Assembly: GCF_009914755.1 (NCBI RefSeq)
Contig: NC_060935.1
Reading direction: 5' to 3' (one strand)
Length of the DNA: 64,000 bases
Source: the human T2T-CHM13v2.0 reference genome, Homo sapiens
In this document: one piece after another, positions 11,700 through 23,819 of the stretch
Layout of the letters: each line of letters starts with the position of its first letter
How positions within the stretch are numbered: position 1 is the first letter of the stretch
Program-made: the position numbers and the translations under genes
Notes under the pieces: model-generated
What the model was told of the DNA's origin: nothing
Databases searched by the model: none
The model's input: the letters and a program-made list of their open reading frames with translations, nothing else

Positions 11700-12680
11700 C
11701 TTAATGTATTGAATAAGGCATGTCTTTATCCTCCAGAAACTCACAATCTGGTGTGGATATGGCCACATTAACAAACAATAATTGTATATACTATTTGATA
11801 CCCTTTAGGTATGTACAAGTTTCTGTGGAGACAGGGAAGGAACAATGAACTATTTCAGGGCCTCTGGAAGGGCCTAGTCAGTGTTTGAAATCTATGGCAA
11901 GTCTTAAAGATTGAATAAGAGTTTATTAGGCAGAAGAAAAAGGTATATTCCAGAGTGGGAAGGCATGGGTAAAGTCATATGAAAGAGCCTGGCGTATTTT
12001 TCAGTGACCACAGAGGAGTTGAGCATGGCTAGAGGACAGCATAGGTGAAGGCAAGTGGCAAGAGTTGATGCTGGAAAGGGGTGCAGTCTCCAGTCCTCCT
12101 GGCTCCTTTACGTCATCACTCCTGTCCCCTAGAAGACACTAGGGCAGCAAGTTTATGAAGAGCTCCACCTTTATCTTTCTCCAAAGTGTCTCCTTTACCC
12201 AGTCTTTGCACCATTTCTGTTTGTTCTGCTTCAGACTTTTTGAATTTACTTCTGGGCCTCAGGCTTTTGTTCTCAACCCTTAAAATTTGATATTATGCAT
12301 TCCTGCTAGTTTCTGTGCACCTCTTTTAATACATGACTCCTGTTCTCTGTCCCAAGAAGACTTTCTGAGACCACCTCAGTCCTTGGAGGCTTGTTCTCTA
12401 GTCCTGCAGCTGTGAGTGGCACTACGTTAGGGCCATATCACAAAATGCATTATGCAGCATGCTAGGGAGTTTGAATTTTGTTTTGAGGCCAACAGTGAAC
12501 TATTTATGATTTGTAAGCAAGGGAGTAACATGAACAGAATGGTATTTTGGAAAATATGTCTCTGGCTGCAGAATGGAAACAAACTGGCAAGTGATAAGAA
12601 TAGAGGCAGGGCAATCCACGGGGAAGTTTTTTAATGGTTGAGACAATGTATAGGTGATGAACAGATAACAGAATGGAGAT
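11700..12680 (-). mobile_element. L2 LINE fragments, interrupted at 12087-12428
   Basis: 'catgctagggagtttgaattttgttttgagg...tttgtaagcaagggagtaacatga...ctctggctgcag' is typical of reverse-strand L2. Confidence 0.65.
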
Positions 12681-12694
12681 AGGGAAACAAATTC

Positions 12695-12920
12695 AAGTGG
12701 GAGCTAAATAATGTGTATACAAGGGCATAGTGTGTGAAATAATAGACTTTGGACTGGGAAGGGTGGGAAGGTAGGAGGAGGCTAAAGGATGAGAAATTAC
12801 TTAATGGGTATAATGTACATTATTCAGGTGATGGCTACGCTCGAAGTCTAGACTTCACCACTACACAATATATCTGTGAAACAAAACTGCACTTGTACCC
12901 CTTAAATTTATTTATTTTTA
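12695..12920 (+). mobile_element. L1PB4-like 3' end fragment
   Basis: 'aagtgggagctaaataatgtgtatac...gatgagaaattacttaatgggtataatgtac...gacttcaccactacacaatatatc'. Confidence 0.75.
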
Positions 12921-14569
12921 AAGGGGTCAGTCAGTAGGTAGAATGTCCTGTTATCAACAATCATCATAATCAACTTAGGCCAATCTTCCCTTTTACTTCT
13001 TAGAAAGACCTACTAATTTATTTACATTTTTTCTTTTTTTTTTCTTAAATTCTTCTCTTCAACTAAAATAAACAATTATTAATTCACAGAAATAAACCTT
13101 AAAAGCTAACTTTGACATCATCTAAGGCCCTTCATTCGCTGATGACAAAATAGAGGCTAAAATTGTCAGAGGTCACAAATACAGTTGTTTTCCTGTTTTC
13201 TAATGTAGTTTTCATGCCATTATACAGGGCTTTTGTTTTTCTTTCTACTCCTTATTTTTGCTTACATAAATTCTCAGTCAAATAAAACTATGCATTGTTT
13301 TCACATTCTGAGCTCTTTCTCCAGGGAGCAGGCAGGACTTAGAAAGGTCTTGTGAGAGAGAAACAAAATCCATCTACAAGTAGCAAAGATTCTACTCACC
13401 CACAGAGCCTCATCCCTCAGTCACTGGGCTGTAGAGCTCTCTCCTGAGTTGTTTTGTGTTATCATCCCGCCTGCTTCCAGCCTGGCGCTTATGCCTCCCC
13501 CTGGAAAGCTCACAATGTCTGGTTGGGGTGACTTTAAATGGAATGTCACCCCAGTGACACTTTTGTGGCTTTCCATCAGCATCTTCCATTAAGTGCAGCC
13601 AAGTGAGTGTCTGATGGACTGTGCAAAAGAGGCAATTTCCCAATTATGAGGAACTTCAGTTGTTTTAACAGTACCAAACCCTGTCATACACTTCTACTAA
13701 GGGAAGATACTGCTTTTTAGTAGGCACAGAGTACGATTCCCACACATAATAGTTTCTGTACTGAACTGTTTACCTTTAAAAGTCCACCCACTACTTCCAT
13801 GTAACTGGCAACTGTTGTTAAATTAAATTTCTAAGTCAAATAAACAATATGTTTTTGGGGGGGATTCAGGACTAAAGAGCTTTGTGAATATCAAATTGCT
13901 TTGTCGGGGTTCACTCCAGGAATATTTCTTTTTTTTTAATCCACTGTCTATAGCTAATTTCAGAGTTTGAAGGTGTCCCAGAGTTCAGGAATGATTCTAT
14001 GTTGTTTACATGCCATTGCTAAGACTCTTTAGTATTTCTTTAACCTCTCCCACAGAGAAAATTTCTCCCCAGCCTTATTTTTTTCTTTCAGTGAAATTTC
14101 TCCTTAGTACAGAACGAAATGCAGCTTCAGAAGTATCTCAGTATAGAATTTATTTTTCACAGATGAATATACTTACAGTTTCAAAAAAAAAAGGAAGTAT
14201 TATCAGCTGCAGCTCATTAGTAGACTTTATGATCAAGAAGGGACTTCAGAGGTCCTGCGTCTGATAGTTTGCAAATCAAATCATACGTCAGCATCAGTGT
14301 CACCATCTACCAGGTGGGATACGGAATGTGGGAAAAGAAGAAGGGGAATCTGAGCCCCACACTCCTACAGAGGAGAATGGTGAAAAGAATAATCACAAAA
14401 GGCTAAAGAATTTGCTGTACTGGTTCCTTGGTTGGTGGGTAGAAAACATGGATCTAATTTCCAGATGAGGAAAATTGGACAGAGAGAGTCAAGGGTTGCT
14501 CAGTGTCACACAGCTAGCCACTGGGCATTTGGAGTAGCAACTCTGAGTCTCTTGGCTCTACAGTTGTTT

Positions 14570-14770
14570 TTGTTTTAACTTTTAGCTTCAGAGGTACAGG
14601 TATAGGTTTGTTATATATGTAAATTGTGCACCATGGTGGTTTGGTGTACAGATTATTTTGTCACCCAGTTAATAAGCATAGTACCCAATAGGTAGTTTTT
14701 CTATCCTCACCCTCTTCCCACCCTTCACTCTCAAGTATGTCCCGGTGTCTGTTGTTCCATTCTTTGTAAT
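14570..14770 (-). mobile_element. L1PA15/16-like 3' end fragment, flanked by MIR pieces
   Basis: 'gtttggtgtacagattattttgtcacccag...agcatagtacccaataggtagtttttc'. Confidence 0.75.
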
Positions 14771-17332
14771 GTGCATCTTGTATATGACACCATAGCTGCT
14801 ATTGGGTCCACGCTTATGCCAAGTAAGACTGTCAATAAAGAGAGATGGAACCTGCCTCTCTTTCCTTAAGAGAACAGCTTTTGGAGTCTGAGATGTCTGA
14901 GTTTGAACTCGTCTTTCTCCACTGTGTGACTTTGGGTAAGATGTCAGGTTTCTAAACTTCAATCACTTCATCATTAGTATGGCAATACTGATGGCAAATA
15001 TATACTATACCAGGTATATATGAAGATCAAACCATAAATGTATACATTTTTTTTTTTGCTGGAGCCTGGCAATATGCTTAATATAAGTTGTCGTTATTAT
15101 TAAGATTTTTAATCTTAACCATGAGTTTCCCCCTCATTTCATCTCTCTTATAAGGTGGGAGACTTCTCTAGCTTCCACTTTATTCTTAGGGTCCTCATTA
15201 AATGCTGCTTTCTACTCTTGCCTTGGGACTCCAAAGAGAGGTCTTTTAACTACAGACTCTTTAAAATTCCCTTGAGACGTTTTAGTAGTGAGAAACCACC
15301 ATCATGTCCTACCAATCAACCATGACATTTTCCTAGAATATAATCAAATATCATCACTCTAACAAAACATTGCCAGATGCCTACATTGTCTTTAATAATG
15401 CAATCAATTGTCTTTATAATAACATTTCTGTCTTAGACATGAACATAATCTTTCAAATGCTTGTAGGCATATTTTTAATGATTTATCATCTTTAACTAAT
15501 CAGTCACCAAGTCTTATAGATTATGCCTTGAGCTCCTCCCCTCAGTCCCATTGCTACAGTGTTGGTTCAGTCCCTGTTTGTCTTTTCCTTATCCTCAATA
15601 TTTCTCCATAGAAGTCAGGACTTTTCACTGGCACCAGAATGGTCTTTCTCAAACACAATGATGAGCTCATCTTTCCCTACTTAAACTCATCAATGACTCA
15701 GTATTGGTATTCTCATCATCCATACCTAAGGATTCACTTTAGGGTAAAAATCAAAGTCCTTTATGAAGATGAACCCCTTATGTGTATAATTTTGCCATCT
15801 CTACAGCTATGTTTCTTGCCACTTTTCTGAGATCTGCATTCCCATCTATCCCCTCCACACTGTTGCAAATTATATCTATTTGAAATGCCTTTCTACAACT
15901 CTGTTTATACCTCACATTCCCCTTCATGTCACTTTGTCTGCTTATTTTACTCCTTTTTTTCTTCACATTTTTAGACCATCACTGTGGTACACAAAATAAT
16001 GGCTCTACAAAGATATTCATTTCCTAATCCCTGAAATCTCTTATTATGTGTGATGATCAATTTTATATGCCAACTAGGCCAAACCACAGTACCCAGATAT
16101 TTGGAAACTTGATTTCAAAATATTCAGAACTGTAAGATAACAAATTTGTGTTGTTTTTAAAAATAATTTGCTACAGCAGCGATAAGAAACTAATATAGAT
16201 TTCAGTATCTAGAAGTGGGATGTTGCTATATAAATACCAAAGATGTGGAAGTGATTTTGGAATTGGGCATTGGGCAGAAGAAGGAAGAATTTTGAGGGGC
16301 ATGATAGCAAAAACCTAGACTGCCTTAAATAGACTGTAGGTATAAATATGGATATTGACTACTCTGCTATTATGGACTCAGAAGGAAGTAAGAAGCACAG
16401 TAGTGAAAACCTATATTGTCTTAAGAGAACATCATAAACAGATTGTTGGTAGAAAAATGACATTAAAAGTGCTGCTGGTGAGGGGCCAGAAGAAAATGAG
16501 GAACTTGTTACTCAAAACTAGAGGAAAAGAGAACCTTATTCTATAGTGGCAGAAAGCTGGGCTGAATTGTGTCCTATAGTTACATGGAAAGCATAACTTG
16601 TAAGTAATGAAACTGGTTATTTACCGAGATAGATTTCCAGGTAAAGTGGTGATGATATGAACCAGTTTCTTTTTGTTGCTTAGTAAAATAAAAGAGAAAA
16701 GAAATAGCTTGAGAGAAGAACTGTTAGGAAAAAGGAATCAGAACTTTATTATTTGGAAAGTTCTCAGCTTATCCAAATTGTAAAAGATGCTGAAATTAGG
16801 AGATTCTCTGTCAGGAAAGCATGCTAAAAAAAAAGGAAAGAAAAAAAAAGGGAGGCGGGGAAGCATGCTCTGGACAGAATACCAAGGGTGTGCAGATCGA
16901 TGATCAACGTTTTGCCAGTTGTTTGGAAGGATAAAAAAGTCAGAGTATTCAGTCACATGGTAGGCTCTTAGAAGAGACTGGGAATGTGACTCATGGAGCC
17001 CCTCAGCCATATAAGTGGAAGTCAGGAATAGAGATGGAATTATATAGGAAAGAGCTGTGGGATGAGCCTCTTGTCTAATGGAGTGAATTTCTGAGACATA
17101 CATGAGAGTCCCCCAAGGATTTTAAAAATGTTCTATCATCAGAAACACTGCTAGCTTGAACTGAAAAAGAACGAAGGAAGACAAAATACAAGAAGGCTGT
17201 TATATTCCCCAAATTCTGCAAGAAGAAACAGGCTGAGAAAATGCTTCTGCTGCAAACACATGCTACCCTTCATGAAAAAGGAAACGATGACATTGGGGCA
17301 GAGCTGGGAGCTCAGATGGCAGAGCTGAAAAC

Positions 17333-17740
17333 TGTTAGACCAAACTGCACCATGTTGTAAGCTGCCTGCTCTTTTGCAGACCTTGGTCAGAGGGAAACGT
17401 TTCATGGGAGTTCGGGCCTTGAGAAACATCCTGCCTAACCACCTGACCACAAGGTAGTCAGAGTCCCAACTAAAGAAACATCCCTATCACATCTTGCTGG
17501 ACAAAGGTCCAAGGAACACCACGATGACATTCCGCTGGAACAAGAGTCAGAACTGCCTCATTATGGGAACATCTTATCAATATCTTGCCGGGCAGCAAGC
17601 TATACTGACCAGACCCCTCCCACCCATACCTATAAATTGCCCCAGCCTGTAAGCCGCGGTGGGATCTGACATTGGGCTGGTTCCCCACTTCTATAGGTTT
17701 TATGCTGGGCATAAAGCCTGCATTTACTGTTGAGCTGCCC

Positions 17741-17792
<52 letters not shown>

Positions 17793-17828
17793 TTTCTTTA
17801 ACCCTTGCTTTCCCTTGAAAACCTAACA
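17333..17828 (+). mobile_element. Solo LTR (ERVL-type, family not certain) nested in the MLT1 internal region; contains (TG)22 at 17747-17790
   Basis: Inverted termini TGTTAG...CTAACA; TSD aaaac/caaac; tataaa box near 17631; the MLT1 internal sequence resumes seamlessly after it. Confidence 0.8.
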
Positions 17829-18004
17829 CAAACCACAGAGGATAATTCCCACACTTTAAATCCTAAGGAAATTTGTTCAGTAGTATTTCAAAGTAGCTTG
17901 GGGCCAGTGACTTTTTTTTTCCTACTACCATTTTCTGTTCTATTTTGGGGAAAGAAAACTTGTTTTTTTGGGCTTCACAGGTTAATAGATTAAGAGAAAT
18001 TTAA

Positions 18005-18345
<341 letters not shown>

Positions 18346-19000
18346 TAAAAAAGTTTTTATCCAAAAGACAGGCAATAACAAACAGTGGCAAAGGTATGGA
18401 GAAAAGAGAACCCTTATGCACTGTTGGTGGAGATGTAAATTAGTACAGCCCCTATGGAACAGTTTGAGTGTTCCTCAAAAAACCAAAAATAGAGTTACCA
18501 TGTGATCCAGCAACCCCACTGCTAAGTATATACCCCAAATAAAGGAAATCAGTATATCAAAGAGCTATCTGCACTCCATCTTTATTGCAGCATTATTAAC
18601 AATAGCCAAGATTTAGAAGCAACCTGAGTGTCCATCAGTAGACAAATGGATAAAGAAGATGTGGCATATATACACAATGGAGTACTATTCAGGCATAAAA
18701 AAGAGTGAGGTCCTGTCATTTTTAATATCATGGATAAAACAGGAGGTCACTATGTTAAGTGAAATAAGCCAGGCACAGAAAGACACACTTTGCATGTTCG
18801 CACTTATCTGTGAGAGCTAAAAATTAAAACAATTGAGCTAACGGAGCTAGAGAGTAGAACAATGTTTACCAGACGCTGAGAAGGGTAATGGGAGATGGGT
18901 GGGTGTTTAATGGGTAGAAAAATATGGTTAGAAAGAATGAATAAGGTCTAGTAGTTGATAGCACAAGAGACTGACTATAGTCAACAAAAATTTATCATAC

Positions 19001-19293
19001 TTTTTTTTTTTTTTTGGTGGAGTCTCACTCTCTCCCCAGGCTGGAGTGCAGTGGCGCAATCTCGGCTCACTGCTAGTTTTGCCTCCCGGGTTCACGCCAT
19101 TCTCCTGCCTCAGCCTCCCGAGTAGCTGGGACTACAGGCACCTGCTACCACGCTCGGTTAATTTTTTGAATTTTTAGTAGAGACGGGGTTTTACCGTGTT
19201 AGCCAGGATGGTCTCGATCTCCTGACCTCGTGATCCGCCCGCCTTGGCCTCCCAAAGTGCTGGGATTACAGGCGTGAGCCACCGCGCCCGGCC
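19001..19293 (-). mobile_element. AluY
   Basis: Same AluY diagnostic motifs; poly-T tail at 19001-19015. Confidence 0.93.
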
Positions 19294-20879
19294 TATGGTA
19301 CATTTTTGAAACTGAAAAAGTGTAATTGGATTGTTTATGACACAAAGGATAAATGCTTGAGGTGATAGATACCTTGTTTACCCTGATGTGAGTACTACAC
19401 ATTGTATGCCTGTATCAAACTATCTCATGTATCCTATAAATATATACACCTACTATGTAATCAACAATAATTAAAAATTAAAAATTTTTTAAAAAGAGAG
19501 AAATATGCTTGTAGGTGATTATACCCAGGATCTCACCCATACCTGATTTAGATGATTTAGTTGATAAGATTTGGGACATTTTAACTGACATTTAGATGAA
19601 ATTTTAGACTTTGAGTTGATGCTGTAGTGGGTTGAGACCTATGGTGATGTTGACATGGGTGTGTTTTAACTTGTACGTGGGATGAATGTGAAGCTTTGGG
19701 GGCCAAAGTGTGGACTGTCATAGGCAGAATAATGGTCCCCAAATATATCTATCTCTTAATTCCCAAAACCTGTGAATATGTTCCCTTACATGAGAAAAGG
19801 GACTTTGCCGATTTGATTAAGCTAAACATATTGACAAGGGAAAAAATTCCCATATTATCCAGTTAGGCCCAGTGTAATAACAGTGTTCTTATATGAGGGA
19901 GGCAAGACTGTAAGAATCAGGGAGATATCTGAAGATGTTGCCCTGCTGACTTTGAAGGTGAAGGAAGGCACCACAAGCTAAGGAATACAGATGGCCTCTA
20001 TATGCTGTAAAAGATAAATAAATAGAATCTTCCCTACTGTCTCCAGAAGGAAGACAGCTCTGCCAACATCATGATTTTATCCCAGTAAAGCCATTTCAGA
20101 TTTCTCATCTCCAGAGCTATAAGAAAATACATTTGTGTTGTTTTAAAACTATTAAGTTTCTGATAATTTATTACAACAGCAACAGGAAACTAATACAACC
20201 ATCTTTCTAGGAAGACTTCCCAAGTCTTTTCCACCTATATTCTCTATGAAAGTAATTTATTCCTTCTGGAATGCTTTAGCATTTTAATCTTGCTTTTATT
20301 ATTATACTTACAACACTAATTTTTATTTTTATGGTGATGCATTAGGTTGAACTCATTCTCTTGCTTGGCTGCTGTATTCTCTAATAAGAATTTCTACTCT
20401 GAGCTTATGCAAATCCTTAACCCCTAGATCACATGGATTTTTTGTCTTACTTTTTGTTTTACTGAATGTTGGTCTGTTTTGTTGCATACCTCTGTGTCCA
20501 GAGCTTCTTCCTCTTTCTCTCCTTTTAGACAGAGCTCACTGGGTTAGCCGAAAAGTAAATGTTGTTGAAGGCATTTGTGAAACTAAGCTAATAAATTTGT
20601 ACCCTAATGAACCATCTGTCACATTTCCTGGGCAACAAATGCTGGAGCTTTCAAGCAGAGCCTAGAATATTTGGTAAAGATCTTCATATCTACCACTGAG
20701 AACAGACAATGTTGATGTAGTGCCATAAATCAGCCTAGTGATCAACAGTGAACAGTTCAGAATTAAAGGTCAGAGTGTTATAGGTTTTTTTAAAAAACTT
20801 ATTGTGTAGAGATTTATGATCTATTAAAGAAAAGATGGTGCTGAGCTTTACAAATATTAAGGTGAATACATATTTGCTT

Positions 20880-23613
20880 CCCTTTCTCACCAGCTGAACA
20901 CATGGGAATTTGAACAGGTACCTAAGATTTCCCTACTCAGAAGGGTGAGGGAGTCTTGGAATTTTCTTCTTAGTATACTGTGAAGCAGAGGGCCTTCTCC
21001 CTAGTGCCTTAGTAGACAACTGACAAATTGGTAGTTTAGGTAATATTGGTCCAGAGATAAAGACTAATATAATGTGACCATGCTTATTTTGCTTCTGCTG
21101 TATTTGAGCTCAAGATTTAACCATGAGTAACTAAATAACTATAAATCGCACACTCAAGGGAGCCAAAAGCCAAATAGAAGATGAAAAGTAAAATGCTCAG
21201 ACTGGGAAATTTGTAGCAAAATACAATTGAGGTAGGCCACCACTGATAACTCGAAGTTAAACAAAGAGCCTGTATGGAAATTCACCTATAGTACATACAC
21301 GTATTTCTGGTTCCAAAAATTAATTTTTCAAATTTAAAAATTAGATGAAGAGAAGAAGCGGACACTTTGAGACAGTGATTATTATTTTGGAAGATCAAGG
21401 GGAAAATATGTCCAAACATAAAATATAAGGAGATGGCAGGAGTGAAAAAAAAGATAAAGGACTTGGAAGAAAAAAAAACCAAAGGATTTAACTTGCTGTC
21501 AATAGTACTTATAAGAGAAAAAGCAGCTGATGTAAGAGAGGTAATGATTAAATAAATGATAGAAGAAAATCTCTCAACATTTAAATCTTCAAATTTAAAA
21601 TCCTCATCAAGTTTCTGGCAAGAATGATGAAATAAAGATATGCACATACACATATTCTGGTAAAATATGTGAACTCTAAGAGTAATGATAAAAATTTAAA
21701 AGTTTTATGATATAGAAAACAAAGTCACAAAATTAAAAAAATAGCATTGGAGTGTGTTAGACACTTCGTCTGAAGTAGTAGAATCTAGAATATGAAGAAT
21801 AACATTTTTAGATGACAAAGGGACTGCTACACTAGACTCATACACAATTAAAACATTATGTGTCAGAATAAAAGGAAATAATTTGGAGATATTGAAAGAT
21901 TTGCAGAATATATCTATTTAGTAAAAAATATTGTTTAAAGGGTTCTAATGAGGCAAGAAATAGAACAGACCAATGAGTTATAGAAGAAAATGAGGTGGTG
22001 AGCAACGAATCAATCTCTCTCTCATTCTTTACTTCCATGTAAGGATGTGTGTAAATGGATAATTGTAGCCTGGTAATGAATGAGAAAAAATTTGAAGAAT
22101 GACTCTTAAACTAATATAGGCATACTCTAAGGGAAAGTTGATAATCACTTGTCATTAAAATTTCCAAATTATCTTAAGAAATATAGGTATTCAGAAAGTA
22201 GTAGACAAGGTAGAAATGTTAAAGGTTTCTAAGCTTTTTATCCAGGGAGTAAGATAAAGCTTAGGATAGTAAAATACATTAAAATGTTTATCCTAATACA
22301 AAATGCTTATCCTAATACAATTGGAAATATGTCAAGGGTAATATGGAATATGGAATGCAAGTGAAGATGATTGTTGGTATCTTCTTTTTTATAATAGTGA
22401 AATCATAGATTTATAGAGATGGGTATTTAAGTTTCAGGAAATAGAGAGTAATAGTTGTTTCAAAGAATGCAAATCTCACATAATATAAAAAGAAAAATTA
22501 TGAAAAAAAACCTACTATAATTGAATTGAATTGGAAAAGTAAATAAGGAAAACTTACATAGTGAACATACAGTAAAATAGAAAGAATGAAACCAAGTATA
22601 TCAGTTGTTACAACAAATGTGAGACGGGTCTCATTAAAATACAGAGCAATGGGGAAAATACATATATTTTTGATAGATACTTTCAGACAATTGAGTATTC
22701 ATCAATAAATAAGTAAAATTAGATGCTTACCACTTATGGAACAATATACTAACTTTAGATAGTTTGTAGACTTACATGTGAAAGAGAAGATTATAATGCT
22801 TTCAGAAGATTACATAAGAAAATATCATTATGACCTAGCGGTAGCTCAAGATTTAAAAAATTAAATATTATTGTCATTTTGCATAAGGAGAGAAGGGAAA
22901 AATTAACCATAGGGTGAAATATTAACACCTTAAGGAAAGTGAAAAAAGACATAAAGAGATATTTGCAACATGTATAACTGGCAAGAAACTTGTACCCAGA
23001 ATATATGAAGACATCTGAAAAAATGATAATAATACAGGAGACTAAATAGAATATTAAGTAGAAGTTTTGTACTGTTAACATCTATAAATAGGAAATTCAA
23101 ATGGCCAATAAACATTAAAAAAATACAGAATCAGAAAAACTTAAGCCAAACTATGCCTGAATAATAAAAATAGAAAAGTCTGACAATACTACATATTATC
23201 AATGATGTGGATAAAAATATATTCTTATTTCCATTTGTAGTAGTGTAAATGATTTCAGTTACTCTAGATGATGGTTTGACATTATCTAGTAAAGCTGAAG
23301 ATGCTCATGATCTATGATTCAGTCATCCTGCTCCTGGTATATATCCTAAAGCACTAGGATACATCAAGATTGTTTAGAATGGCATTGTTCACAATGATCA
23401 CAACTTTAAAAAAAAAAGAATGAAGGAAAGAAAGAAAATTTTCATCAACAGGAAAGTAGATAAATAAATTGTGGTGTTTTCATAAAAGAGAATTCTACAT
23501 AATAATAAGAAAGACTAAACTTGAGTTACATGCAAGAACATGAACAAATTTTGCCAACATATTTTTGAAAAGAGGGAAAAGAAATAATGCATATGGTATG
23601 ATTCAAAACCAGG
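20880..23613 (+). mobile_element. Old L1ME/MC element (ORF1, internally deleted ORF2 and 3' region); 3' end resumes at about 26600-26840
   Basis: ORF1-like A-rich block 21350-21950; ORF2 start 'aaaccaagtatatcagttgttacaacaaatgtga' joined directly to late ORF2 'caatggggaaaa'; 3' motifs 'ggaaattcaaatggccaataaacat' and 'ataaattgtggtgttttcataaaa'. Confidence 0.65.
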
Positions 23614-23819
23614 TGTGCTTTTCAGACTTAAGGATGGAAACAGTACTATAGCCTGGATAATACATTATCTCTCATAATATTCCCGTACTCCTATCAAATG
23701 ATTGTAAACAATCTGTAGTAAACTCTTCTCAAATTCTATAGTTTATATGTATCACCTCTTTCTGCTGGCTTCCTAAAGATTTGATTGACAAAATTATGGT
23801 ACATTTAGTTTGGAAATAC

